Source of the DNA: Candidatus Latescibacterota bacterium
GTDB lineage: Bacteria; Latescibacterota; UBA2968
Assembly: GCA_965208125.1 (NCBI GenBank)
Contig: OZ242320.1
Location: 4,864,001 to 4,928,000, forward strand
DNA: 64,000 bases
Direction of reading: 5' to 3'
Below are positions 27,050-36,001 of this stretch, piece after piece. The translations under genes were made by a program, and so were the position numbers. The stretch's first letter is position 1, and every line of letters begins with the position of its first letter. Below the pieces are notes generated by a model. That model ran no database searches. It had not been told where the DNA came from and saw only the letters and a list, made by a program, of their open reading frames with translations.

Positions 27050-29344
27050 ATGGCGACAAAAACAGAAGATTATCTGGGGATTACGGATTACAAAGTTATT
27101 GGCACCAGTCCGATACGGCACGATGGCGTCGATAAAGTCGTCGGTCGAGCAAAATACGGCGCAGATATCGATATGGCGGGTATGTTGCACGGGGCAGTTG
27201 TGCGCAGCCCGCACGCGCATGCACGGATCAAATCGATAGATACGAGCAAGGCAGAAGCGTTTGCAGGTGTAAAAGCCGTGATCACGGTTGAAGACCTGCC
27301 ATTGCAAGAAGACAAAATTGAAGACCTGGGTGAAGGCGCTGCCAATCTCCAGCATCTGCGCGCAAATGTACTGGCCGATGGCAAGGTATTGTACCACGGG
27401 CATGCAGTGGCTGCCGTTGCGGCAACAGATATTCATACGGCGCAAGAAGCTGTCGATTTAATCGATGTCGAATACGAGGTATTGCAACCCGTTCTAACTG
27501 TCCAAGAAGCCATGCAAGAGGACGCGCCTTTGCTTCTGGAAAACCAGACCACTGAGTCGCTGGGCGAAGATACGGGACAAAAAAGCAATGTGTGTACCCA
27601 TTTTCGCCATGAATTGGGCGACGTGGAGAAGGGATTTGCAGAGGCGGAACTCGTCATTGAGCGAGAATTTGATACTGCGACGGTTCACCAGGGGTATATT
27701 GAGCCGCAAAATGCCACAGCCTTGTGGAGTGCCGACGATCAGATCACGGTGTGGTGCAGCACGCAGGGCGCATTTACAGTGCGTGAACAGACCGCGCAGA
27801 TATTGGATGTGCCGGTTTCACAGGTCAAAGTCGTTCCCATGGAAATTGGCGGTGGATTTGGAGGTAAAATTCGGATTTATCTCGAACCTCTGGCCGCGGT
27901 TCTGTCGAGAAAGACGGGACGCCCTGTCAAGATGGTCATGAGCCGCACAGAAGTTTTGCTGGCTACTGGACCAACCGCTGGCTCTTTTATCAAGTGTAAA
28001 ATGGGGGTTGACAAAGCGGGTAAGATCGTCGCTGCATATGCGTATATGGCGTATGAGTCGGGTGGTTTTCCCGGTAGTTGGGCAGCTCCAGGAGCTATGT
28101 GCATTTTCGCGCCCTACAATATTCCCAATGTGTTGATTGACGGGTACGAGGTGCTGGTCAATAAACCGCAGACCATGGCTTATCGGGCACCCGGCGCGAC
28201 CAATGCCGCTTTTGCTTCAGAGACGATTATCGACGAGCTTTGCGAACAATTGGATGTTGATCCACTCGAGTTTCGGCTCAAAAACTCTGCCAGAGAAGGC
28301 ACGCGGCGTGCAGATGGTCCGGTTTATCCGCGAATTGGTAACGAGGAATGTGTCAAAACGGCTCTGTCTTCAGAGCACTACGCGACGCAACTCAGTGGTA
28401 AAAACCGCGGGCGCGGGATTGCGTCGGGTTTCTGGTTCAATGTGGGTTTGAAGTCGAGTGCTGCTGCCAGCGTAAATTCCGATGGCACGGTCAGCCTCGT
28501 CGAAGGTTCTACGGATATTGGCGGAACTCGAACATCTATTGCAATGCAATTGGCCGAAGTACTCGGCATTAGGGCCGAAGATGTCAAGCCACAGGTCGTT
28601 GATACGGATTCTATCGGCGATACAGATGTGACTGGGGGAAGTCGCACGACATTTGCTACAGGGTGGGCGGCCTATCAGTGCGCCCTGGATATCAAGGAGC
28701 AATTGATTGAGCGTGCGGCAAAATTGTGGGAGATCTCGACTGATGATGTGGCTTTTAACGATGGCACATTTTCTTCATCTGATTCTTCTAAAACCATCTC
28801 GTTCAAAGAGTTGGCCGGAATGCTTGACGAAACAGGTGGCCCCGTTATGGGTAGAGCTACCGTAAATCCGTCCGGCGTGGGCGGTGCTTTTGCGGTCATG
28901 ATTGTCGATATTGAGGTCGATACCGAAACGGGTAAAGTGGAGATTTTGCGCGTCTCTATGATCCAAGATGCCGGCAAGGCTGTTTATCCCAGTTATGTCG
29001 AAGGGCAGATGCAAGGGGGCACAGCACAGGGTATTGGCTGGGCACTCAACGAAGAATACGCCTATAATCGGGATGGCCTTTTGACGAATGCGAGTTTGCT
29101 CGATTATCGGATGCCCACATGCCTCGATTTGCCCATGATTGAAGCCCATATCGTCGAAGTACCAAATCCCGGTCATCCCTACGGTGTGCGAGGGGTGGGG
29201 GAAGTGCCGATTGTTCCGCCTGCTGCAGCAATTGCAAATGCGATTTACGATGCTGTGGGCGTGAGAATGACGAATTTGCCCATGTCACCCGGTGAAGTTC
29301 TCAAATCGTTGTGGGCAAAAAATGGGGGAAATGGGACAGGCTGA
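27050..29344 (+). CDS. Xanthine-dehydrogenase-family molybdopterin-binding subunit (not form I CODH)
   Basis: GGGFGGK, AYRAPG loop, TGGSR, EGQMQGG, RGVGE. Confidence 0.92.
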   Translation: MATKTEDYLGITDYKVIGTSPIRHDGVDKVVGRAKYGADIDMAGMLHGAVVRSPHAHARIKSIDTSKAEAFAGVKAVITVEDLPLQEDKIEDLGEGAANLQHLRANVLADGKVLYHGHAVAAVAATDIHTAQEAVDLIDVEYEVLQPVLTVQEAMQEDAPLLLENQTTESLGEDTGQKSNVCTHFRHELGDVEKGFAEAELVIEREFDTATVHQGYIEPQNATALWSADDQITVWCSTQGAFTVREQTAQILDVPVSQVKVVPMEIGGGFGGKIRIYLEPLAAVLSRKTGRPVKMVMSRTEVLLATGPTAGSFIKCKMGVDKAGKIVAAYAYMAYESGGFPGSWAAPGAMCIFAPYNIPNVLIDGYEVLVNKPQTMAYRAPGATNAAFASETIIDELCEQLDVDPLEFRLKNSAREGTRRADGPVYPRIGNEECVKTALSSEHYATQLSGKNRGRGIASGFWFNVGLKSSAAASVNSDGTVSLVEGSTDIGGTRTSIAMQLAEVLGIRAEDVKPQVVDTDSIGDTDVTGGSRTTFATGWAAYQCALDIKEQLIERAAKLWEISTDDVAFNDGTFSSSDSSKTISFKELAGMLDETGGPVMGRATVNPSGVGGAFAVMIVDIEVDTETGKVEILRVSMIQDAGKAVYPSYVEGQMQGGTAQGIGWALNEEYAYNRDGLLTNASLLDYRMPTCLDLPMIEAHIVEVPNPGHPYGVRGVGEVPIVPPAAAIANAIYDAVGVRMTNLPMSPGEVLKSLWAKNGGNGTG

Positions 29345-29394
29345 TTTGTGAGGAATTGAATAGACCGCGATGAATCTAATCCAAAGGGGGTAAC

Positions 29395-29994
29395 ATGAAT
29401 CGAGTGATTTCAATATTAGCTGCCTGGGGACTGGCAGCCCTGATGGTGCTGTGTGTTCCTCAGATGGCCAATGCCCTGGGGGTGGGAGTCAAAGCGGGTG
29501 TGAGTCTGACGCGCGAACAGCAGTTTGACACCTTTTATGGTATGGGTGGACAATTTGACTCTCACCGATGGATGCTCGGAGGCAATCTCGACCTGGGATC
29601 GGTTATGTTGCCAAAATTGCATCTGATGCCGGGCATGGATATCGCGGTACAGGAAAATTTGCGCGTTTATGTTGTCAATATGGATGTCGTTTACTTTTTT
29701 CATCAAACTCCGGTCGGACGGGCCTATGTCGGCGGTGGTTTTGGAACCCACTTCTTTCGCCCCAAAACAGCGTTGGATACCACAGAGCCAGACCCCGCGG
29801 CAGAAGCGTCTGAAGATATCGTCCTTGAGGGCCCGCAAAACGACACCAAAATCAGCGTAAATATCCCATTGGGGTATCGGCGCAAGTTGGGGCCTGCGCT
29901 GTCCTGGTTTGGCGAAATAAAACTCATCATTGCCGACGATGAGAAAGATAGCGCATTGCAATTCACAATTGGTTTTCACTTTGGTAATGAATAG
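29395..29994 (+). CDS. Outer-membrane beta-barrel protein (OmpA-TM-like)
   Basis: Signal peptide ending ANA, GVGVKAG first strand, AYVGGGFG, terminal FTIGFHF. Confidence 0.7.
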   Translation: MNRVISILAAWGLAALMVLCVPQMANALGVGVKAGVSLTREQQFDTFYGMGGQFDSHRWMLGGNLDLGSVMLPKLHLMPGMDIAVQENLRVYVVNMDVVYFFHQTPVGRAYVGGGFGTHFFRPKTALDTTEPDPAAEASEDIVLEGPQNDTKISVNIPLGYRRKLGPALSWFGEIKLIIADDEKDSALQFTIGFHFGNE

Positions 29995-30003
29995 GAAGGA
30001 TTT

Positions 30004-30102
30004 ATGGCGGGTAGTGAACGCAGAAAAGAGCTTCGCCGAAGGCGACAGCGGCGAAAAAAACGCCTTAAAGCACGTCGTCGAGAAGGAAGAAGTGGGAAGT
30101 AA
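30004..30102 (+). CDS. 32-aa arginine-rich small protein (DUF6800-like; missed by ORF track)
   Basis: MAGSERRKELRRRRQRRKKRLKARRREGRSGK*; AGGAAGGA RBS, 9 nt after the upstream stop. Confidence 0.7.
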   Translation: MAGSERRKELRRRRQRRKKRLKARRREGRSGK

Positions 30103-30228
30103 GAAACAATAATAGACATGGCGATTAAAAACGAATAGACAATAAGAACCCTTGCCATATATGCGATTTTTTGTACATTAAAGAGAATTATATCAGACCC
30201 GTAGTGTCATTTTACAGGAGGTTTTTCA

Positions 30229-30594
30229 ATGGCTAATCCCAAAGTCGTCGCCTATTTAAAGCCAGTCTGTGGTTGGAGCGGTGGGGTGCGCGCTGTTCTG
30301 GCAAAATATGGATTGGAGTACGAAGACCGCGATATTATTAACAATCCCGACAACTATCGCGAGATGGTTATGAAGAGTGGGCAGCCCTTACAGCCCTGCG
30401 TGCAGGTTGGGGATACGATGCTGGCCGATATCAGCGGTGATGAGTTGGAAGGTTGGTTAATCGCAAATGGGTACCAGCCTGCAGGTCCAGATCCCGCAGT
30501 TCCGACGGATCGTTCCTGTACAGATGAAGAGCATGAGGCAATGGCGCGCGCAGCACAGCAACCGACCATTGCCAACCCTCACTTTGGCCGATAA
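30229..30594 (+). CDS. Glutaredoxin-like protein
   Basis: CGWS active site, SGQ...PCVQVG cis-Pro motif; AGGAGG RBS. Confidence 0.85.
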   Translation: MANPKVVAYLKPVCGWSGGVRAVLAKYGLEYEDRDIINNPDNYREMVMKSGQPLQPCVQVGDTMLADISGDELEGWLIANGYQPAGPDPAVPTDRSCTDEEHEAMARAAQQPTIANPHFGR

Positions 30595-30619
30595 ATACAA
30601 GGTATTGGTTTTTACAGCG

Positions 30620-30656
30620 AGGCGATCCTCAAGGTTAAGGGTCGCCTTTTTCTTTT
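30620..30656 (+). terminator. Rho-independent terminator
   Basis: AGGCGATCCT...AGGGTCGCCT followed by TTTTCTTTT. Confidence 0.7.
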
Positions 30657-30707
30657 GCGCGAATAAGAGCCATTTGCAGATACTTTTATATTTAGGTAGT
30701 GCATTCT

Positions 30708-31388
30708 ATGCAGACGCGCGTTCTCGAAAAAGAGATTGCAGGATGTACCCTGTGCAAACGCCTGGTCGAATACTGCCACACCTTTGATCTGGCGGAAAAC
30801 CGCAAAATTGGCGATTGCGATTACTGGGCAAAACCAGTTCCAGGGTTCGGAGATGTCAATGCGCAATTGCTCATTATTGGCCTGGCTCCCGGCGCACACG
30901 GAGCCAATCGCACGGGTAGGCCTTTTACGGGCGATGGTGCTGGCGATGTGCTTTACCGCGCACTCTTCCGGCACGGTTTTGCCAATAGAGAAACAGCGAT
31001 TGATCTCCATGACGGCATGCGCCTGGATAATGTGTATATCACCAATGCCGTAAAGTGTGTTCCGCCTCAAAATCGCCCCAATGCTGAAGAGAAGCGTACC
31101 TGTCTCGACTGGCTGGTGCAGGAGATGACCGTTTTGTCTCGAGTGAAAATCGTTCTGGCGATGGGCAGAGATGCGTTTGATAGTTATATTCGGCTGGAGA
31201 GGGCAGCAGGGCATTTGACGAGGCTGAACGCCTACCGTTTTCAACACGGCGGCGTGTACCAGTTGGACGATAAGATTCTCGTAGCGACTTATCATTTTAG
31301 CCGCTACAATATGAATACAGGTGTTCTGACAGAAGATATGATTGATGTGTTGTTCCAGCGCGTAAGTGCATTGCTGTGTGAAGTGTGA
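30708..31388 (+). CDS. udgB: Family 5 uracil-DNA glycosylase (4Fe-4S)
   Basis: CTLCKRL, GLAPGAHGANRTGRPFTGD, AVKCVPPQNRP, YHFSRYNMNTG. Confidence 0.88.
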   Translation: MQTRVLEKEIAGCTLCKRLVEYCHTFDLAENRKIGDCDYWAKPVPGFGDVNAQLLIIGLAPGAHGANRTGRPFTGDGAGDVLYRALFRHGFANRETAIDLHDGMRLDNVYITNAVKCVPPQNRPNAEEKRTCLDWLVQEMTVLSRVKIVLAMGRDAFDSYIRLERAAGHLTRLNAYRFQHGGVYQLDDKILVATYHFSRYNMNTGVLTEDMIDVLFQRVSALLCEV

Positions 31389-31473
31389 AGGAGGAAGTGT
31401 GAAGGAGGAAATGAGTAGAAGCATCCGCTCTGGGGAGGTGCAGGGTGGCCTTCTTACTTCTAACTTCTCACTT
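31377..31473. repeat. Two opposed 7-nt tandem arrays between convergent udgB and hpt
   Basis: Plus strand tgtgaag tgtgaag gaggaag tgtgaag gaggaaa (31377-31411); minus strand tgagaag ttagaag taagaag (31470-31450). Confidence 0.75.
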
Positions 31474-32001
31474 GAGTTCATTCAGTACAGCGATGTAGGG
31501 AAGGTTTCGATAGGCTTGATTGTAGTCGAGACCATAGCCTACTACAAACTGATCCGGAATGGTGAAACCGCAGTGATGAATGGGGACGGGTACGATTCTG
31601 CGGTCTGGTTTGTCCAGGAGGGTGCAGATACCGAGGCTGCGCGGGTTTCTGTCCTTTAATAATGTGAGAAGTGCGGAGATTGTGCGCCCGGTATCGACGA
31701 TATCTTCGACGATGAGTACATGACGGTCGTCAATTTCACGACTGAGGTCTTTTTTGAATGTCACTGTGCCCGAGCTACTTGTACCGACATAACTCGAAAT
31801 CGCAATGAGATCAATTTCAATGGGACAACTTATCGCACGCGAAAGATCGACTAAAAAGTAGAGGGCGCCTGTTAAGATACCCACGAGAATAACACCGTCT
31901 GGATACTGTTCGGAAATTTCGGCACCGAGTTCACGAACGCGGTTTTGGATCGTTTTTTCGTCAATTAATATAGAATCGGGATGAAGGACAAAATCCTGCA
32001 C
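31468..32001 (-). CDS. hpt: Hypoxanthine phosphoribosyltransferase
   Basis: VLIVEDIVDTGRT PRPP motif, LLDKP.RR, FVVGYGLDY...YRNLPYI. Confidence 0.95.
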   Translation of the reverse strand: MQDFVLHPDSILIDEKTIQNRVRELGAEISEQYPDGVILVGILTGALYFLVDLSRAISCPIEIDLIAISSYVGTSSSGTVTFKKDLSREIDDRHVLIVEDIVDTGRTISALLTLLKDRNPRSLGICTLLDKPDRRIVPVPIHHCGFTIPDQFVVGYGLDYNQAYRNLPYIAVLNELK

Positions 32002-32123
32002 TGGAAAAATCTCCTTGTGATGGAAGATGGTATAACTTAAAGAATTTATTTTTTAAGTCAAACCCATTGGGGCTAACTCATATCCAGAGCGCGTATATCT
32101 CCTGCGGTATTTGCAGGAATCCC

Positions 32124-32152
32124 TTGATTCAGATTTGTAAAAATGCTATATT
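32124..32152 (+). promoter_or_regulatory. sigma70 promoter (extended -10) upstream of mutL
   Basis: TTGATT (32124-32129), 17-nt spacer, TGcTATATT. Confidence 0.55.
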
Positions 32153-32174
32153 TGCGTCGAAGCTTGTGCTTCAC

Positions 32175-32293
32175 AAAAAAACGCCTTGAATCTGCATGAG
32201 GGTAGCCCCGCAGGAAGTTTTCCGCTGTTTTAACACCGGGACTTCGACAACCTTTTCGGCGCCCGGCGGGTTAGGCGTTTTTTGTTTTCTTTT
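32175..32293 (+). ncRNA. Candidate structured RNA / attenuator in the mutL leader
   Basis: Closing stem AAAAAACGCCT..AATCTGC / GCGGGTTAGGCGTTTTTT enclosing three hairpins, then a U-rich tail. Confidence 0.4.
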
Positions 32294-32311
32294 TTCACAT
32301 CTATCCTCAAT

Positions 32312-34105
32312 ATGCCCAATACAATTAGCATACTTCCGGATGAGATTGCCAACCGCATCGCTGCTGGGGAAGTGGTTGAGCGGCCGGCATCTGTAGCAAA
32401 AGAACTGGTTGAGAACTCAGTGGATGCGGGATCGGACCGCATTGTGGTTGAAGTTTCTGCTGGCGGCAAGGAGAGCTTGCGAGTCAGTGATAACGGATGC
32501 GGGATGTCGCGCGATGACGCGCTTTTAGCTCTCGAAAGGCACGCGACGAGCAAAATTCAAAGTCTGGATGATCTAAAAGGGTTGCTCACACATGGATTCA
32601 GGGGTGAAGCATTGCCCAGTATTGCCGCTGTTTCGCGCATGACCCTTGAAACTCGTCTGGTAGGTGCGGTTGAAGGAACGCGAGTATCCGTGGTAGGCGG
32701 GCGCGTGCAGGATGTATCCGCGATTGGTCGCGGACAGGGTACGGCTGTTACATTGCACGGTTTATTTTTTAACGTGCCCGCCAGACGGAAATTTCTCAAA
32801 AGTGTCGACACGGAATTTCGTCATATTGTGAACGCGGTGACGGCCATGGCCATGGCCTATCCCGAGATTGGGTTTGACCTCAAGCACAATGGTCGCCAGG
32901 TGTTGCAACTGAGCAAGTCTCGCTTTGATCGGCGAGCAGAACAGATATTTGGCGTGCGATATGGCGCAGATGCCATCGGTGTTGAGAGCAAGACAAGCGG
33001 GATTGAGGTTCGGGGCTTTGTGGGCAAGCCAGAGTCCGCACGAAAATCCGGCGCCCAACAGGTTTTGATTGTTAATAATCGATGGGTGCAACACAAAGCC
33101 ATCGCTTTCGCAGTTTACGAAGGATATGGCGGACTTTTGCCCAGGGGGCTTGCGCCGTCGTATTGCCTCTGTCTGAGCATTGATCCAGCGCGTGTGGATG
33201 TCAATGTCCATCCTTCAAAGCGAGAGGTTCGCTTCGCCGACGAGCGTTCAATTTACAGCCTGATCACCCAAGCGGTTCAACAATCGCTGCGCGGCGCAGA
33301 TCTGATTCCAGAAATGGGCGATGCTGTTATGCCTGTGGCAGATATACCTGTGAGCATTGCAGAATCCCCCGAGATTACCTATCAACTCGGACAGCCCAAA
33401 GTTGGCGGACAGCCCCAGATGGCATTGCCCCTGACAATGAGAATGTCGCAAGACAGAGCAAAGCCAGGGACCGGGATTAATACCGATGGTCTCGATGAAG
33501 AGGATTTTACACGGATTTCCGTATGGCAGTTGCACAGCAAGTACATTTTGGCGCATATCAAAAATGGTTTGATTGCGATTGACCAGCAGGTTGCCCACCA
33601 GAGGATTTTGTACGAACGCGCCATTGACAATATGCATACCCGTCCCGCAACGAGCCAGCGGCTGTTGTTTCCACTGACACTCGATTTTGGTGTCAAAGAA
33701 ATTTTTATTGTACGCGAGGCTATGCCCTTGCTGGAAAAAATGGGGTTTGGTATCCGTGATTTTGGGGGACATACTGTTGTAGTCGATGCCATTCCCCTGG
33801 GACTGAGAACGTGGCAAGACGGACAGCTTTTGCGAGATATGATTCGCGATATGGCCGAAGCCGAGCAAGCGACTTCTGTTCCGCCTTCCGTTCAAACGCG
33901 GCAGATCGCGCCCGAGGAACATCGGCTTGCATCGGTTTATGCCTGGCACACGTCAATTCGCACGGGTGAGGATTTATCGACAGAAGAAATGCGCGCGCTT
34001 ATCGATCAATTGTTCGCAACGCGAGAGCCTTTCGTCAGTCCTTATGGCAAGCCGACTCTTGTGAAGATCGGGCTGGATGAAATCGACAATCGGTTTAAGC
34101 GGTAG
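32312..34105 (+). CDS. mutL: DNA mismatch repair protein MutL
   Basis: NRIAAGEVVERPASVAKELVENSVDAG, RHATSKI, GFRGEALPSI, DVNVHPSKREVRF. Confidence 0.97.
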   Translation: MPNTISILPDEIANRIAAGEVVERPASVAKELVENSVDAGSDRIVVEVSAGGKESLRVSDNGCGMSRDDALLALERHATSKIQSLDDLKGLLTHGFRGEALPSIAAVSRMTLETRLVGAVEGTRVSVVGGRVQDVSAIGRGQGTAVTLHGLFFNVPARRKFLKSVDTEFRHIVNAVTAMAMAYPEIGFDLKHNGRQVLQLSKSRFDRRAEQIFGVRYGADAIGVESKTSGIEVRGFVGKPESARKSGAQQVLIVNNRWVQHKAIAFAVYEGYGGLLPRGLAPSYCLCLSIDPARVDVNVHPSKREVRFADERSIYSLITQAVQQSLRGADLIPEMGDAVMPVADIPVSIAESPEITYQLGQPKVGGQPQMALPLTMRMSQDRAKPGTGINTDGLDEEDFTRISVWQLHSKYILAHIKNGLIAIDQQVAHQRILYERAIDNMHTRPATSQRLLFPLTLDFGVKEIFIVREAMPLLEKMGFGIRDFGGHTVVVDAIPLGLRTWQDGQLLRDMIRDMAEAEQATSVPPSVQTRQIAPEEHRLASVYAWHTSIRTGEDLSTEEMRALIDQLFATREPFVSPYGKPTLVKIGLDEIDNRFKR

Positions 34106-34107
34106 TC

Positions 34108-35028
34108 ATGGCCACGCTTCGAGATATTCTGGTGATTGCCGGACCGACGGCATCGGGCAAAACGGCTGTGGGCATTGAACTCGCACAGAGATTAAATGGC
34201 GAGATTATATCGGCAGATGCGCGCCAGATTTATCGTTTTATGGATATTGGGACGGCAAAGCCGACGGCTGAAGAACGGGCTGCTGTGCGCCATCATCTCA
34301 TCGATTTTGTCAATCTCGACGAAGATTATAGCGCGGGGCAATTTGCCGAAGATGCATCTGAGGTGATTAGGGATCTTCTGCATCGCGGCAAGGTACCCAT
34401 TGTGGTCGGGGGAGCGGGATTGTATATTCGCGCGTTGTTCGATGGCTTTTCACCTATGCCGAAAATCCCAATAGAGATTCGCGCGCGATTGAAGGAAGAG
34501 GGGAGAGATTGTCTTCCCGAATTGTACGAAAGGCTGTGTGTGGTCGATCCCGAATGGGCTGCAAAAATTCAGGCGACCGATACACAACGCATTCTGCGCG
34601 GTCTGGAGGTCTATGAAGCATCGGGCAAACCGCTTTCTGAATATCAGAAGGTGCCGCCAACGCCACCGATCCGTCATGCTGTATCTTATTTTGGTTTATA
34701 CTGGGAGCGCGAAGCACTCTATGACCGGATCAATGCGCGGGCGTGTCTTATGTTTGAGAATGGCCTGATTGAAGAAGCAAAAAGTCTCCGCGATAAAGGT
34801 TACTCTCCCGATCTAAACGCGCTCAATGCGTTTGGGTACCGGGAAATATTTCAATATCTCAATGGTGTGACGACGCTTGATCGCGCGCTTGCCGATTTGC
34901 AACAGGGTACGCGACGCTATGCCAAGCGACAGATGACTTTTTTCCGCAGAGATGAGCGCATATTGTGGGTAGATGGCAGCGATAAAGGTGTAGCAGATGC
35001 CATCTTGCAAAACCTTGAAACATGTTGA
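34108..35028 (+). CDS. miaA: tRNA dimethylallyltransferase
   Basis: GPTASGKT, DARQIY..MDIGTAKP, VGGAGLY, TRRYAKRQ.T; canonical mutL-miaA synteny. Confidence 0.97.
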   Translation: MATLRDILVIAGPTASGKTAVGIELAQRLNGEIISADARQIYRFMDIGTAKPTAEERAAVRHHLIDFVNLDEDYSAGQFAEDASEVIRDLLHRGKVPIVVGGAGLYIRALFDGFSPMPKIPIEIRARLKEEGRDCLPELYERLCVVDPEWAAKIQATDTQRILRGLEVYEASGKPLSEYQKVPPTPPIRHAVSYFGLYWEREALYDRINARACLMFENGLIEEAKSLRDKGYSPDLNALNAFGYREIFQYLNGVTTLDRALADLQQGTRRYAKRQMTFFRRDERILWVDGSDKGVADAILQNLETC

Positions 35029-35053
35029 CATCACATGGGAACGCCTGTAAATT
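35025..35053 (+). promoter_or_regulatory. Promoter of tRNA-Gly
   Basis: TTGACA (35025-35030), 17-nt spacer, TAAATT (35048-35053). Confidence 0.6.
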
Positions 35054-35069
35054 GGCTATTCCTTGCGGA

Positions 35070-35145
35070 GCGGGAATAACTCAGTTGGTAGAGTGCAAGC
35101 TTCCCAAGCTTGATGTCGCGGGTTCGAGTCCCGTTTCCCGCTCCA
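35070..35145 (+). tRNA. tRNA-Gly (anticodon CCC)
   Basis: GCGGGAA acceptor stem, anticodon arm CAAGC-TTCCCAA-GCTTG, GGTTCGAGTCC T-arm, encoded TCCA end, 76 nt. Confidence 0.97.
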
Positions 35146-35163
35146 AAAAAATAATGAAAATCA

Positions 35164-35201
35164 CGGGCAATCTCAAAGCGGGTTGTCCGTTCTTTTTGTT
35201 T
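35164..35201 (+). terminator. Terminator after tRNA-Gly
   Basis: CGGGCAATC...GGTTGTCCG followed by TTCTTTTTGTTT. Confidence 0.6.
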
Positions 35202-35254
35202 CATGTATTGAATAAACCCAATCGGCGCAATATACTGCGTCCGAAGGAGTTTTG

Positions 35255-36001
35255 ATGGATAACGAAATTCGCATTCACTATGTCAGCCATTTTCTCAAGC
35301 TGAGTTTGTGGTATGCGCGGTTTTTGATGGGGCGAGAGGGGATTGGGTTTGAATATGCGATTACTTCCCGAGCTAATGTGTATCGCAATACGGATTTTTT
35401 CGATGGCGAAAACCATCCTGCACGGGGGTATGAGGACCCGGATTGGGACGCCTATTTGAAGGGTTTGAAGGCCATTTTTGATCGTTGCGAGGGCGAGGCA
35501 TGGGAGGAAGAAGGGCTGGCCTATTTGTGGCCCCGCGTGAAGAAGGGTTATAGCAGGCCTTCTACAAAGGGCCGTCCTTACGAATGCTGGACGTATGACG
35601 ATGGCGACGATTATATCGCGATCCATATTGGCAATGTGTATCAGCCCAAATCGCCTTTGAGTGAAATGCGAGATGCATTTATGGGCACATTGCTGCAATT
35701 GTTAAAGGATACGCAACAGCGACGCTCCGATGTCAAGACTGTGAGGTGTGGCAGTTGGCTCAATTCTGCGCCGCCATTTCAAGATCTATTTCCCAAAACC
35801 TGGCGCGAGAGCGCGATGGTGAGTCCAAAAGCGGGATATACGATGGGGCATTGGGGCCAGTTTATGGACCGCACAGGGCGTTTTCATACAAAAAATGGCG
35901 CGCATTTGCGGGCAACAGGGGAGTTTCTCTATCCCTGTTCGACTTGTTATGCGCCGATTGATGAGATTGTGGCGCATCTGGAGGCTATGGTGAAGGGTTA
36001 G
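35255..36001 (+). CDS. Hypothetical protein, possibly with a GNAT-like acyltransferase C-terminal fold
   Basis: AAGGAG RBS; IAIHIGN...SPL and CGSWLN motifs. Confidence 0.6.
   Translation: MDNEIRIHYVSHFLKLSLWYARFLMGREGIGFEYAITSRANVYRNTDFFDGENHPARGYEDPDWDAYLKGLKAIFDRCEGEAWEEEGLAYLWPRVKKGYSRPSTKGRPYECWTYDDGDDYIAIHIGNVYQPKSPLSEMRDAFMGTLLQLLKDTQQRRSDVKTVRCGSWLNSAPPFQDLFPKTWRESAMVSPKAGYTMGHWGQFMDRTGRFHTKNGAHLRATGEFLYPCSTCYAPIDEIVAHLEAMVKG

Noticed and set aside
25678-29344. coxMSL aerobic CO dehydrogenase
   Set aside because: Gene order is M-S-L but the active-site loop is AYRAPG, not AYxCSFR (form I) or AYRGAGR (form II), and no cox accessory genes are present
30612-31481. Long antisense ORFs (also 6826-7671, 16567-17328, 61242-62171 and similar)
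   Set aside because: Shadow frames of well-supported genes on the opposite strand, with no motifs
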